A stretch of DNA of 62,508 nucleotides, filler included, from Collodictyon triciliatum (taxonomy: Eukaryota): NCBI GenBank assembly GCA_043381765.1. It is 6 parts of 6 records of this genome, joined end to end, with 100 filler letters (N's around TTAATTAATTAA, not from the genome) between each part and the next. Parts side by side here need not be neighbours in the genome. Positions count along the whole stretch, not along the records: positions 1 to 11,024 come from JBHJMP010002502.1; positions 11,125 to 22,137 come from JBHJMP010002503.1; 4 more parts are not named here. One strand, written 5' to 3'. Of the stretch, positions 1 to 20,030 are shown piece after piece. Below the pieces are notes generated by a model. It saw only the letters and a program-made list of their open reading frames with translations, did not search any database and was not told where the DNA came from. How positions within the stretch are numbered: the stretch's first letter is position 1; each line of letters opens with the position of its first letter. The position numbers were made by a program, and so were the translations under genes.

Positions 1-97
1 TAAAATAAAATAAAATAAAATAAAATAAAATAAAATAAAATAAAATAAAATAAAATAAAATAAAATAAAATAAAATAAAATAAAATAAAATAAAATA
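1..97. repeat. (TAAAA)n microsatellite at window start
   Basis: Perfect pentamer run. Confidence 0.95.
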
Positions 98-105
98 ATG
101 CAACA

Positions 106-3100
106 GTTTCGTCGGCTTCTTGTTGACCCAAGTGACCCGGACCCTAATGCCAAAAAATACCACGCATCAGCACAACTACCTATATCTCGATTGATTGTTC
201 CCGGAGTTAGTTCCGTCGCACGTAATGAAATTATTTTAATAGCATTCTACATGAAATAAGTAATCCATTCGATGTACTGAATTGTAATTTTCTTTAATTT
301 GTTTTGTTTTGTCATGTTATTTCCCCCAAAAAAACAAAAACACAAAAAGTTCGTTGCCCAGTTAGTGCATACACAGGAACAGAACCTGCTGATGTGCCAT
401 TTGATATCCGCACATCTTCCCCAAAGGTTTATACCTGTATTTTTACACTATTATTTATTTTATTCTAAATACCCATATGACAAAAGCTTGCAATTCTACG
501 AATAATGCCACGGGTCATTTGTCAGATCTCGTTTGTGAATATATATTATGCTTTCCGCCTGTTTTTCTATCGGAAGGCTAAATACGGAAACGCCACCATA
601 TCAATAACCTAATAGCTGATATGAAGCCCTACATACATACAATAGCGTGTTATTTAACTTGTGGCAGTTTAAGATGCATATATCATTGTAATGTTGCTTT
701 CATATGTAAATTACAGAGCCAAGAGAAAGGTGCAAAGCAGAATGCTGCAGGAAAAGGTGCGCCACCGAAGAAGGCAGCAAAGAAAAAGAGACCTGAGCTG
801 GACCCCGAAGAAGGTTTCCCTCATCTCATTCTCTCCTATACATCATTAACGTTTACTTCATCCTGCTTCATTTGTTTGATTTGTTTGATTTGTTTGATTT
901 TTTATACTGACAGCAGAATCATAGATGAAATATAAACTTAAATTCATGATAACAATCTTAAAATTTAACTGTACATGTTTTCTGTGTGGTTGCATTCAAG
1001 CCGATTTATTGTTCGTTAATGAATCTATTGTCAGAAAAATGAGGTATACATACTAAATTACACTCCATGAAACAGAAGAGTCAATAAATCCATTTGAAGC
1101 AGCAGGCACGTATCTCCTTTTTAACGTATCGACGATGCGTCCATTTGTGGAGAAAATTAAGAAGAAAAGAGTGAGTGTACCTTATATGTATTCATATAGG
1201 GTTAAGAGCAACCACCGCCTACTCTATTTGTTCTTCATTTATTCATGCTGACGTATCAATAAACAATATTGACCAATGGAGCACTTTATGTCATTATCTT
1301 TCACATTGAATCACAAGTGCCATTTAAACACATACAAACAAATTCATCTGAGTTCATCAAGTAAGCTAGTTCATTTATCGTTCACCCAGAACCTTCTGAA
1401 ACCTGCTGATTTGATTCCCCCAAGAACAGCATATGGTCCATTAGAGCCTGTCCGAAGTGCAACAGAAGAATTTCAGCGGGGTTATTTTCATTTTCATTAT
1501 CCTCTTCTAACCATTTATATTGTCTTCGAGATGACCATATGTATATGATTTTGTCGTTTAATATGTTTTGGAATAATTTTCCTTTTTTGTAAGATAAATA
1601 CGATTATTTTCCCCAAAAATCCACTGTAAATCCTAATTTTACATAAAATTTCTCTGTTGACCCAGTCGTTCGAGGTATAGCTGAGTCGCTTGCTGATGAT
1701 TTTCATACGCTTTTCTCATCTGAATTTCCGAGCTTGGCCAAAGACCCATCAGCGCGAGAGAAGGTTAGTTTTTACCTCATCAAAATATATGAACTAAGCT
1801 TTTTCCTTTATTCGATTCAAAGTTATGAACTAAGCTTTATAAGAAGAATATTTCAGGGTTTTATTTATAATTAAAATGCGATGAATCTACCGTCGATGCA
1901 AAATTCACTGGGGGTTTTTTTTTCTAATTAATAACCTTACAATCTTTTAGTTTATATTCGAACTGAACTCAAGCGGGAAGTATCTTGTTTTCAAAGAGAA
2001 AATCCGCCGTGCGGTTGCTTCGGTCGTGAAAGAGGTTATTCCTACAACCATACCATTTTTGCCTAAACTGTTGCAAACATTAGATATCTAACTCTGCACA
2101 AATTGAAACATGATAGAGTCCATACCCATACACCTTGATTTAACATGTTTATTTCTTACAGAGATTTAGCAGGAAACCACATTCAACACGGAAAGATTTT
2201 GAGCACTTTTACAATAAGCTTTATGTTTATTTGATGGAGCAGATGCACTCTTCTATTAACAAAGTATTCCCCCTCTCCCAATTTTCATTGATTTTTGATT
2301 CATGAAAGAGTTCTTTGATAATCGGGTGATTACGAAGCAATAAATCTTTATACAAATGAAGTTTCCATATAAAAATAACTCACTACAAACTTTTTAAAAA
2401 TTTTGCACTCATTCTCAGATGATGGATGACTATGGTGCCGAAGGGGATGAAAACAGAGACGGAGAAAATCTCACACCACCAAATTCGACTGACGGACTAC
2501 TTCGCCTTTCTGAAGAGGCCGAGTTGGATGACAATCTTGAGTTAGCCGGGAAGCTACATTTGGAAAGAATAGCATTGAACAAAGACACGCCCTTGCTTTG
2601 GTTAGAACCCATAGTTTTCATGTTGTTCAGGAGTGCTCGATCACAAAATTTGAGTGAAATTATTGCGACATTTTAATCTCACCCGAGCCGTTTCATTCTC
2701 TTTTAATTGCATAATGAAGGTTCCAATATGGAGAGTTTCTTCTACGAACTAACGACAAGATGAAAGCTGAAGATGTTTTGAGGTTTCTCATTTAATGCTC
2801 ACTTTTAATGCATGCATGAAAAATACATTCGACAAAATTAAAGAAAAATCTGTTTGTAGACCTTTTTTTTTAAAAAACAAACAAACAAACAAACAAACAA
2901 ACAAACAAACAAACAAACAAACAAACAAACAAACAAACAAACAAACAAACAAACAAACAAACAAACAACCAACCAAATTTATTAAGGGAATGCATCGCAC
3001 GAGACAATAAATACGCACCGGCCCTCGTCGCTTATGGTTCATCCTTGTTATCGAGAAATAATCTCGATCACGCAGAAATATATTTAAGGGGTGCTGTTGA

Positions 3101-5498
3101 AGTCGAGCCAGCCAATCCATCATATTGGCACATCCTTGTAAGGGATTGACTAAAAATCGTGCACTCATAAATATAATTAGACAATCCTTTACGAAAAGAT
3201 GGACTATGACGAAGAATTAAAGAATGCACAAAAGCAAATGCGTCTGCTTCTTGCGGATGAAGCGGGTATCTAATTATTGTCTTGAATTTTTGGAGTCTCT
3301 CTTTTTTGTATTGTGTAGAAAAAAGTACTTACTGTGTATTTACTATTTACTATTTTTCCTTTTTCCTTTTTCCTTTTTCCTTTTTCCTTTTTCCTTTTTC
3401 CTTTTTCCTTTTTCCTTTTTCCTTTTTCCTTTTTCCTTTTTCCTTTTTCCTTTTTCCTTTTCCTTTTTTCCACTAAATCACTTTCACATTTTCAACTCAT
3501 AAATAGGCTCAGAGTCGAAGAAGCCTAGTGTTTTCTCAAGAACAGCGCGTCTTTTACTATCAATCAACAACACAGCCCTGCTTGAACCGATATTGTTGCA
3601 CGATGCATCGACATCTGGAAGGAGGTATTGTTTCATTGCTTTTCACACAACACATGATTTATTGTTAGCCTCACTCGGAGTGACATGTTTGCACATATTA
3701 ACATGATACTATATCTAATTTTTTTTTCATACGCCCCATGTAATATCCACGACCATAATTATCTTGGTAAACTTGCCAGAAAATAAGTGATATACTTAAA
3801 TATCGGATATTTTTAACATCCCTTCTTTTTCTTTTCATTCTTGTCTTTGTGACCAGCGCCGATGTATGTATAATGCTCGGGAAAATGTATGCTCTGAAGG
3901 AAGATTTCCAAAAGGCAGAGGAGTGCTTTCAGGAGGCTTCATTAGCATCCCCGAAAAATTTGGATGCGAGAATTGAATTAGGTTTGTTTGTAATAGTTTA
4001 TCAATTGGGTGACTCAGAAAATTACAGCTTTTTTTTTTAAAAAAAAAATGTATTGGGATAATTATATATGAGCGCACTATGAATTCTGTAACATGAGAAA
4101 AGGATTAGTTTTATGGGTATGTTTTCATGTTCAGGACATGTCCAGTTCAAACAACACAAATTTGAAGAAGCAAAATCATCATACGAGGCCATACTTTCGA
4201 TGGAGCAAAGTAAAGCATTCTTAAGTTTTCTACTGAATTTATTTGAAAGACAAGAAAATTCCAGTAAGATCGACCATTTCCCCCTTTCATAAAACTAATT
4301 AATATATATATACAATTTCAGCATGTTGATTCATTTTTCTTTTACTACAGATTGCCAGAGATTAGATGTTTTGAGCCGCTTAGCAAAGATATACTCTCTT
4401 CAAGGAATGTTTGAGGATGCTAAGGTGCGGGCTGTTATATTTTTTTCTTTCAGCTGGATAAAATGTAATTTCGATAAAGCTACCGGTTTGAAATGCGAAC
4501 AACTTCTGTTGACTTTTTTTTTCTCCTTGGGTGCAGGATTTGTTCCTGAACTGTTGTCAAATATCACCTACATCACTCTCCTGGCTGGGTGCCGGTGCCG
4601 CTTTGTATAAAATGGAACTGTATGACGACGCTGAAGTGGCTCTATCGGTACATGAATAGTCTTTTTTTTTTCACAGCTTTTTTCCCACGTGATATTGATT
4701 GTATATGATAGAGACACCCTAAATATCATCTTAAAATTCTACTTTTTTTTTTCTCGCAAAAGCATTCATATATGTAAGGATGATGTCTATAGTTGAACAG
4801 TCTCTGTCTGAAAATGAACTCTGCTTTGAAGACTTTTTTTTTTGATTTTTGCTGCTATACAGGAAGCAAACATTCTGGATAACCGTAATCCGGACACATG
4901 GTGTCTACTCACGCTATTAAGTCTCAAAACTGGTCGTGATTCGGAGGCCGACCGATGCATGCGTCAGGCGCTGCGCTTCAACCCATCCAACGCAGCATAT
5001 CTTCGGTATAACTTCATCAAAAGTACACAAGGCGTTAACGGCCTCGGGTTTCATGAAGCCACTTCGGCTAGTCTTGAAACGGCTTTTTTCATCTACAGGG
5101 AACTAGGATTTCTTTACAGCGCAAGAGGGAAACTGGAGGTATCTGAAACATGCCTTCGACGGTCGTTGGAGGTCGAAGACACAGACGAGACAAGGATTTC
5201 TCTGGCAGACGCACTTCTAACTAAAAATGATGCCGAACTTGTCGAAGAGGCAGCCATGCACTATGACTGGGTTTGACAAACATCTCAGCTGACATATAGC
5301 AATGAAGTCTCGTGAATATTTCAATATTTATTATTGTCCAAATCTTCTCTCCCATCTTGATTACACAGTCCCATCAAGGTATTCATTCATCAACATTACG
5401 ACTTTTTACATATTCAGGTGATTCAAAACTCTGAGAAAGAGGAGTTCAGGCAGCGAGCGCAAACCGGCATCCAAAGCATCTCTGCTCGAGTTAGATAG
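106..5498 (+). CDS. CFAP70: Cilia- and flagella-associated protein 70 (TTC18), multi-exon, 5' part missing
   Basis: Spliced exons give FELNSSGKYLVFKEKIRRAVASVVKE, LYVYLMEQMHSSINK, LLRLSEEAE, then TPRs (SWLGAGAALYKMELYDDAEVALS/EANILDNRNPDTWCLLTLLSL), matching the CFAP70 pattern. Stop TAG at 5496-5498. Confidence 0.85.
1788..1838 (-). mobile_element. Tiny poly(A) retro-insert, copy A
   Basis: TATGAACTAAGCTTT at 1788-1802 and 1824-1838 flanks the reverse complement of ACTTTGAATCGAATAAAGGAA; lies in a CFAP70 intron. Confidence 0.8.
2876..2968. repeat. (AAAC)n microsatellite, intronic
   Basis: Tetramer run. Confidence 0.95.
3353..3470. repeat. (TTTTTCC)n simple repeat, intronic
   Basis: Heptamer run; source of the spurious FSFFLFP ORFs. 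Confidence 0.9.
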
Positions 5499-6058
5499 GC
5501 GCTCATTGACTTCACTTATGGAGATGTGTGTCTGGAGTATTAATCACGAGAAGAACAAAAGCACGAGCCTGATGAGCGATACAATTCTTGGCATTATAAA
5601 ATGGCAATTTAAACACATCCTCTTGGTAGAAATTATCGTCTGTGCTTCTGTTTGAGCCGCAGTTTTTATTTCACGTTCAAAAGTAGGCATACCTGTGCTG
5701 GCAGTTTTGAAATATTGCTTTTGCATGTGGGGATATGTCCATCTGAATGTTTCGAAAGAACACGGCTGTGTCAGTTTGTATGCAATGAAATTATAGGATT
5801 TTGTGGTGAGTAAACGGGTTACAAAGAGAGTTCGTTATCCCAAGCAGAGCAGGCCAAAAAGAAATGACAACTTAGCTTTTATGAATTTTAATCATTGAAA
5901 TGCTGGCACTTGACAAGGCGGTGTGATGGCAACCCAGACACATGAGAAATATTGGTCGATAATCCCATCAATCTTGCTGACACAAACTGTGCCTCCGAAT
6001 AATTTTGAAATGAACAGATATGTTTAAAGAGGCAAGGAATTCACTGGAACAACGGATT

Positions 6059-6111
6059 ATCGATGCAACTAATCCTTTTTTTTTCCTTTTTTCGAATCGA
6101 TGCAACTAATC
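6059..6111 (-). mobile_element. Tiny poly(A) retro-insert, copy B
   Basis: 16-bp direct repeat ATCGATGCAACTAATC (6059-6074, 6096-6111) flanks the reverse complement of TCGAAAAAAGG(A)9G. Confidence 0.75.
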
Positions 6112-6640
6112 TAAATTATACACATGTTTCCTTGAACTCGGTCGCTTATTACTTTTTTCTCTGCTTGAATTTCGTTTCTTTGACATGTTCTTTACCATCA
6201 CCAAAGCCACCGGTGCAGTTTTGATGAAATATTCACCATGAAACCCGTTGAAGATTTATACAGATACTCAGAGATGGTGACTTCATTCGTTGAGGTTGGA
6301 TGGTTGCTTCTGTTCAGAAACTTTGACGCCCGATGTCATTGCCTCAGATGATGTGGATGATTATGAAACATTAAAGAGACGGCGTTTCATATGGCCTTCA
6401 GGAGTAAAACAAAAACCTTGCGTAACCCACGATACGAATAGTAAACGCAAAGGCCTGTCGACATTTGTGATTGAATCCGATACTTTGTCGATTGCTGTGG
6501 AGATTGGTATGAAACAGGCCACGAATATTTGATCATAAGATTTTCGTAGCTTACACTTGTATTTTTTCACCTTCGTTCAATTCAAAGTCAGCATACTCCT
6601 GAGTTTAATATTCTCATAGAACGGAGAAGTTTTCTAGGAA

Positions 6641-8557
6641 ATGAGAGTCCATCTATCAGACTTTGAATGTGAAGAGTCGGATGGTGCAATGAAGAAGGAG
6701 GCGTGGATACATCATTCACAGCTCCAAAAAGATTCTGCAATAGAAGATCTGGATGATTCAGGAGGCGGTGCTGTTGATCAAGTTGCTACTTCTCATTCTG
6801 GGGGAGAAAAAAAACAGGATGATGGAATAGAAAAGGCTCCCTCCGAGCAAAAAAAATCTATGGATGCACTGTCTTCTCAATTCTTAAAAGAAGAGGAACT
6901 AAGAAAAAATAATCGAGCTAGACTCTCATTGAAAAGAAATACGAAAGAGATCGACAAAAGAATAACAGTCATATCGAGCATTCTTGGTAATCAAAAGGCC
7001 TACAGCTTTATTATATCCGTCTTCAAAATGCCAGCGACCAAATATACCACGTGGATTGTCTGGACTGTGTGCCATACTTTATCTTTGTCGGTTTGTTTTC
7101 AAGAAAAGCTATTGCCAGGAGATGTTTACCTAGCATTACAAATATTTTCGCTATTATTTTTTTCGACGCATCATTTTATCTTCATTAGAATAGGAATACT
7201 TCGAGAGCTTGCAAGGTCATTCAGCTTTTGGTTTACTATTCTGAACTCCCTATCTTTCCATTTATGCCTTCTGCTTCTTTGGGGGCCAGATGATATTGCC
7301 ACATCATGTGCGATATCTCATTCGCTTTCTACCATATTGCTTATGCTTATATTCTACGATGCTCATGCTGCGAAGAAAAGCAAGGCCATGAAATTTACTT
7401 TAGTCATTGGAGTTATCACTCTATTGATAATATTAGCCATCCTTACCTTTGAATTGGTGACGTTTCGCAACGAAAACATACACGCGAAAGACGGTCTTGA
7501 GTTACTCAATGTGCGGTTGACTGCCATAGACAATTTGACTACGTTGATGGTTTACTCACTAAGAATTATCTTCAATCACATAATACAAAAAAAGACGACG
7601 ACTATCGCATTCTTGTCGCGGTACTATGAACTCGAGATTAGAGATTGTTCGCAATGTTTACAAATCGAATCTGAACAAGATGCAAGTAAAAACCAAAAAA
7701 AATTAGCTGTTCCTCCAGGCGATGAAAAGTTGAAAGATGATTCTTATCCCATAGAAGGGGCTCCTAACATTGGAGATAGAGAAACGAAACCTGGAAATAA
7801 TCATTCATTATCAAATAACGAAAAAAGTCAGAAGACGAGCAATAAGCTCACCGTAGGAATCATAGAGGATAAGATTATTGAATATGATTTACACGAGACG
7901 TTATATCACTCAATCATCAAGCCAAAGTATCCAAAGTTGGCTGCTCTTCTAAGTTCTAGATGGTATAATAATTCTGGGATTGTTATCTGTGTGATATCAC
8001 TATTATCAGGATTTCATCTTGCTATCGGAATAGAATCCCCACATGAATATGAGTGGGTCAATTTACATTTCACTTTGATAAGTATTGTATTCATGGTTGC
8101 GCAAATAAGCTGTACGTGTAACATTTTTATATTGAAGAAAACATTCCGTTCATTTGACTTCTGGTATGTTATTTATCTTCTTTCAAAGTTCTTTTTCTCT
8201 GCTGGGCTGCTTTGTAATTGGGACGGAAGAGTAATATTCTGGGTCTTTATTATCATATCAGTAATTTGGTATATGCTAGTAGACTCGTTCAGCCCAAAGC
8301 ACAGAAGGCTATCTTACATTTCGATGATAGGTTGCATCGTTATGGTGGCATTTTTTACCCTGAGCAAATTGAATATTGGAGATACATTTGCAAGGGATAG
8401 GTATATATACTTCAAAGAGATTCCCATAATGTCTTCACGAGTGACGTTTTCGACCTCTGCTCTTTCAACGGGCGTGTTCTCTTTCCGCTTTTTTTGGAGC
8501 TACATTCAGAATCCGAATCGATATTTATTCATAAACAAGAACGAGCAAGTGGTATAG
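6641..8557 (+). CDS. Intronless 638-aa multi-pass membrane protein with two related halves
   Basis: Long ORF with two hydrophobic blocks carrying related motifs (ILRELARSFSFWF, ILKKTFRSFDFWY) separated by a hydrophilic linker. Confidence 0.8.
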   Translation: MRVHLSDFECEESDGAMKKEAWIHHSQLQKDSAIEDLDDSGGGAVDQVATSHSGGEKKQDDGIEKAPSEQKKSMDALSSQFLKEEELRKNNRARLSLKRNTKEIDKRITVISSILGNQKAYSFIISVFKMPATKYTTWIVWTVCHTLSLSVCFQEKLLPGDVYLALQIFSLLFFSTHHFIFIRIGILRELARSFSFWFTILNSLSFHLCLLLLWGPDDIATSCAISHSLSTILLMLIFYDAHAAKKSKAMKFTLVIGVITLLIILAILTFELVTFRNENIHAKDGLELLNVRLTAIDNLTTLMVYSLRIIFNHIIQKKTTTIAFLSRYYELEIRDCSQCLQIESEQDASKNQKKLAVPPGDEKLKDDSYPIEGAPNIGDRETKPGNNHSLSNNEKSQKTSNKLTVGIIEDKIIEYDLHETLYHSIIKPKYPKLAALLSSRWYNNSGIVICVISLLSGFHLAIGIESPHEYEWVNLHFTLISIVFMVAQISCTCNIFILKKTFRSFDFWYVIYLLSKFFFSAGLLCNWDGRVIFWVFIIISVIWYMLVDSFSPKHRRLSYISMIGCIVMVAFFTLSKLNIGDTFARDRYIYFKEIPIMSSRVTFSTSALSTGVFSFRFFWSYIQNPNRYLFINKNEQVV

Positions 8558-9991
8558 CATCGATGACGGAACAAGCTCCAAAAAAACAAAAAACAAAAAC
8601 AAAAACGTAATCTCATTTTTGTCAAAATACAATATAAACACATGTATTTCAATTTGAATCAAGAGCCGTGTGAAATTAAAAATTATCATCAATTTTTTTT
8701 CTGTAACAAATCCAGATTTCGACAGGAAGTAACCACAAAATTCGGGTTTCAAATATCTTTTTCCTCTTCCTGAAAAGCGTATCCCTTCACCTCCAAAAAA
8801 CTTTCTTCGCCTAACTGGCATCCCTACTCGCTCTTAAAAAAAACCAACCAACGCATTCTGACCAAAACTCATAATTCGAATGGCAAGCAAAATCATAAAA
8901 TGAAAAAGAAATTGTGTTGCTAAGATAGTATGACTCACTTTCCTTAGTCCACGGTCGTAGTGAGTTCTCTCCAAGGCTTTGGTTCTGAAAGATTATGACG
9001 TGTATTTAGATGGGTATTTTTGCTCTCGTTGAGGCCAGCCACAGGGCCATTCCGAAAGCCAATATTTGCCATGTGTTATTGTGATTTTTATTTAAAAAAA
9101 TGGAAATTGTATTCGCTTCTGTGAGGAACATATAGCCTTTTTTTTTTTTTTCCTTCGCTGCATGAAAGTATTACCTTTTGATCAATTTCGATTCAAGGAG
9201 CAGGGGTTTCTTCTTCCTAACCACCGTCATCTCTTTCTACGCGCTGATATGGTCGATGAAAGAGGTTTGGAAGGTGTTTTTAGATAATTTAAACCAGTGG
9301 CACCGTAAATACTCATTTACAAGTCAGTAATATATTGTTAAATAAGATCAAGACGTTGATTATGTTGCCTCAATAACAGACGTGCCTCACAAAGTACTAT
9401 AGTATGAGTTTCTCCAGTGTGGATAAAGAGAATTCGGATATCAAAGCCGTCAAACCTTCGGCTTGGGTTCAAGAAATATATCAGGCAGCCGTGTCGACAG
9501 TCTTCGCATTGAATGCTCGCTCGAGTGTTTTAATTACATGTTACTTGAATCAGGCTATAAATTCCCTCCTTTTTCTTTTTCTTTTTCTTTTTCTTTTTCT
9601 TTTTCTTTTTCTTTTTCTTTTTCTTTTTCTTTTTCGCTATCCGCGATTTACTGAATGTCGAAAATAAGGAAGGAGCTATGCTGTGGATCACTGGCCAGTG
9701 ATATCATGCATGACAAATCTTATGATAATCATGATTTTATGCTTGCCACTCTCTCCCAAACCAATTCCAATGCTGGCTTCCTGAAGTAAAGGACAACAGC
9801 GCTAGGCCTGTGCTATAATATCGGAAAATTGGTGATTACTCCAGCCATCTGGATAATTGAAAGCTAATTTTCTTCGTAGGCGAATTTCGAAATAATATGA
9901 CATCACTCAAGAATGAGAAGTGAGCGTAGGCTTGGAAATATCGCTTGCTGTAAGTCTTTTGGATGTTGCAATAGCACGAGATTTGCGGCTC

Positions 9992-10076
<85 letters not shown>

Positions 10077-10110
10077 GATTATGATTATGATTATGATTAT
10101 TATGATTATT
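9992..10110. repeat. (ATT)n microsatellite
   Basis: Trimer run ending in ATGATT variants. Confidence 0.95.
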
Positions 10111-11024
10111 CCTTTCAATACATGCGGGATGTGGTCGGCGGTTTATGTCGATCCTTTCTTTTTGCGTAGGAAGGACTGTATTGCAATTGAAGAGCGCTGG
10201 GTCTCTAGATGCTCCAAGCGCTTTATGTAAAAGGCGCGCTCTTGCAGTCCATTCTTTCATTTTTATTTTTATTTTTTGTATCGGTTACGAAGAAACCATG
10301 TAAAATCATTTATTCGACAACCAGCACAATATGCCATACGTAATCATGAGGCTTTCTTTTAATTGAAATGAAGAGAGCGGACGTTCATGCATTGTTTCAG
10401 AGTTATTCATGTATAATGGACTCTTCGTTGGACAGTAAATAAGTTGCAGGATTGGTTTTGTTCATCTTACACAATCGCATTAATCAAGTTGACTCGAATC
10501 TCTGCCCACAACTTGTCTTCCTTATGCTCACGCCACCATTGAACTTGGTGATGGTGCATTTAACACGCAGGTGAGTATCTATGGCTGCGTTTGCGTTTGA
10601 GCCCCATCAGATATATCAGACATCATCATTATTCCCTCACGCTTGCAAAGTAAAACGTTGCGCTTTCGGTGAAGCATTTCCCTGCAGCAAAGTTTGCCCG
10701 GCCGTTGCGGGATTTCGTGGGGTTGCGTTGGTTTGTGTAGCGAAGTCGGATGTTGTTTTCTTGCGTTTGTGGGACTGTTTGTGACGAGCTGACTCGGATC
10801 TTTTTTCTTTTCTTTTCTTCTTTTCTTCTTTTCATCTTTTCTTCTTTTCTTCTTTTCTCCTTTCCTTTCCTTTCCTTTCCTTTCCTTTCCTTTCCTTTCC
10901 TTTCCTTTCCTTTCCTTTCCTTTCCTTTCCTTTCTTTTCCTTTCTTTTCTTTTCTTTTCTTTTCTTTTCTTTTCTTTTCTTTTCTTTTCTTTTCTTTTCT
11001 TTTCTTTTCTTTTCTTTTCTTTTG

Positions 11025-11124
11025 NNNNNNNNNNNNNNNNNNNNNNNNNNNNNNNNNNNNNNNNNNNNTTAATTAATTAANNNNNNNNNNNNNNNNNNNN
11101 NNNNNNNNNNNNNNNNNNNNNNNN
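11025..11124. other. Artificial contig spacer
   Basis: 100 nt: N44-TTAATTAATTAA-N44 (stops in all frames). Confidence 0.98.
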
Positions 11125-11159
11125 AGGAAGGGAGAGAGGGAGAGAGAGGAAGAGAAAGA

Positions 11160-11227
<68 letters not shown>

Positions 11228-11271
11228 AAATCTATGAGCCAATGAACACAAAAGAAACCAAACAATACGCT

Positions 11272-18055
<6,784 letters not shown>

Positions 18056-19149
18056 TATTCTCTGTAGTTGTTGAAGATGACGCCACAGAATGTTTGAATA
18101 TCTCTGGAGGGAGTCTGCCTGAATCAAATCATGTTTTGGAAATCTATCACAATGACTAACTGCATTGCAGGAAGCTTATTTCTGGCCTCGTCTATTCATA
18201 CCTTGCAAGTGTGGATATGAATAATTCAATTCATAGAAACCTTTCACAAATCTCATCACGATTTTTTTCTGTCTTTTATCTGCAAAAATTGATTAAGGAC
18301 GTGTAGTCGAACGAAAAATGTAAATATATGCAAAAGCACCACCTCCAAACAAACATATGGGCTACTGTGAATTCATAGTATAGAGCTATTCATTCGTCGT
18401 GTATATTTCTTGTTACTTAATACATCTTTTTTTTTTGAGGCATCGTTTATGAACCAAAATTCCTTATCAGACATTCAAGAGATAAGCTTTCATGTTACCG
18501 CCTAAAACTTGCGACTTGGTGACTATAGCCAAATTTTCGAGCTTCTTGCTTCCTTTGGTCAAACGGCATCTCTTTGATTTAAAACAGTTTAATAATTATA
18601 TTCTTTCAATATTTTTTGGATGAAGACTACAAGGATGATAAAAAGTATAAAAGGTACAGTGGAAATAAAAATGGATGCAGTTGAGGAAAAATGAATAAAA
18701 GTGTTGATTTCCCATTTGCATCCTCTACATATGCATCAAGCGACCTGGATGTGAGGATATCCCTGGAAATTGCGCGATAGAAATAACTGATTACTCACCC
18801 TCCACGGCGAAGCTGGCTCAATAGGGCATTATTTTAATGCGGGTTGGAAGTGTCTCCAAATTTTTTGGGTGGCTGTTGGTTTGACCTCCCTGATTGCCCC
18901 GGCGTGATAATCTTGGCCAGATTTACAAGCAATCCGAAAAAATAAGTAATTATTGAACTCTTCTGGTCAGTATTGTAGCAAACTCTCCCTATTTTATTCA
19001 ATCTTATACATCAACATTTGAATGGTCCCAGCGCTAAGCCTCAACACCACCGATCTATTGATTGGGAGCGTTTGCATCCTCATGTTTAAATAGGACATGA
19101 TATTCATGCCGATTCGAAGATACAACACCTGTGCACAGCGAAAATTTCA

Positions 19150-20030
19150 ACACCTTTTATCTTGATTAAATTCTGAGTATACCCCACAACAATCACTGTC
19201 TACTTTTCGTTTATCAAGACTATTATGTGTCCCCTTTTCACATGGAAGACAGGAAGAGTTTCCTGCCCCTCGGATACTTGGATTGAAACTTCCAGCCCCA
19301 CATCCATTATAGATTATGGCTCCCTCATCGCTGTAAAATCCAGCTCTGCAATTTTATCATGCTACTTGACCTCTTATATTGCTAAATGTTACCGCCTCGC
19401 ATTTTTGCATGATGATTGGCCTAGAAAAATATTCTATGTTCCTTCTTCACAAGAATCGGTATTTCAGACCTGTTGAGCCTGTGGTTAGGTTGGAGCTTCC
19501 AGTTGGACGTGAAACAAATCGCGAAAGTTCATTTTCATTGTTGTAGGAGCCGACTGCATACATCTCGCAAGGGTTAGACTGCTGATAGAAAAGGTAGCCT
19601 CCTTGACACAGAATCCAGACCTTGACAAATTCATCTGTACTTGCTGATATGATTTTGGAGTCTGGAGATAGATAGATGCTATTCACAGAATCTGTATGAC
19701 CCAATAGTGTTCTTGATTCTCTATCATATAAGAAAACCCATATTTGACAGACTTGTCACTACTGCCAGAGAATGGCTTCACTTTATCCGGCTATATCGAT
19801 AAAGTATCAACGGAGGCTGTGCCCCCAGCAAAATTCCGAACTAAAGTGCCATCCGCGACATTCCAAAATTTGATTGTATAAACCTCACTTGTGACCTTGA
19901 TTTTCGAACCGCCTGTTGCCGCTGATAGTTCCCAAACAGCATTTGTATGCCCAGTCCCAGCTTTGTAAATTGAGGATACTTGACAATGGGCTGATACAAC
20001 TTGCCACACAACTGCGATTCCTACGTCAAA
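19150..20030 (-). pseudogene. Decayed WD40-repeat plus Cys-rich (GCC2/GCC3-like) repeat gene
   Basis: GHTNAVWEL..IKFWNVADG, in-frame TAG at 19791-19793, SGSSDKSVK, a frameshift, GHTDSVNSI..SASTDEFVKVW, then eroded GSYN / CRAGFYSDEGA / CGAGSFNP repeats with stops. Confidence 0.65.

Noticed and set aside
2788-3528. ORFs made of repeated peptides (also near 9900, 11657, 14439, 28716, 44150, 52554, 55497)
   Set aside because: Translations of microsatellites.
4028-4048. Recurrent T(n)A(n) palindromes (also about 12407, 24657, 34612, 50482, 51466)
   Set aside because: Expected homopolymer slippage in AT-rich introns; no shared flanks or TSDs.
9400-10800. Possible small spliced gene on the minus strand
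   Set aside because: Exon-like patches exist, but I could not join a consistent frame or recognise a product.
11069-11080. TTAATTAATTAA recurring every 11.1 kb
   Set aside because: Assembly linker embedded in Ns, not biological.
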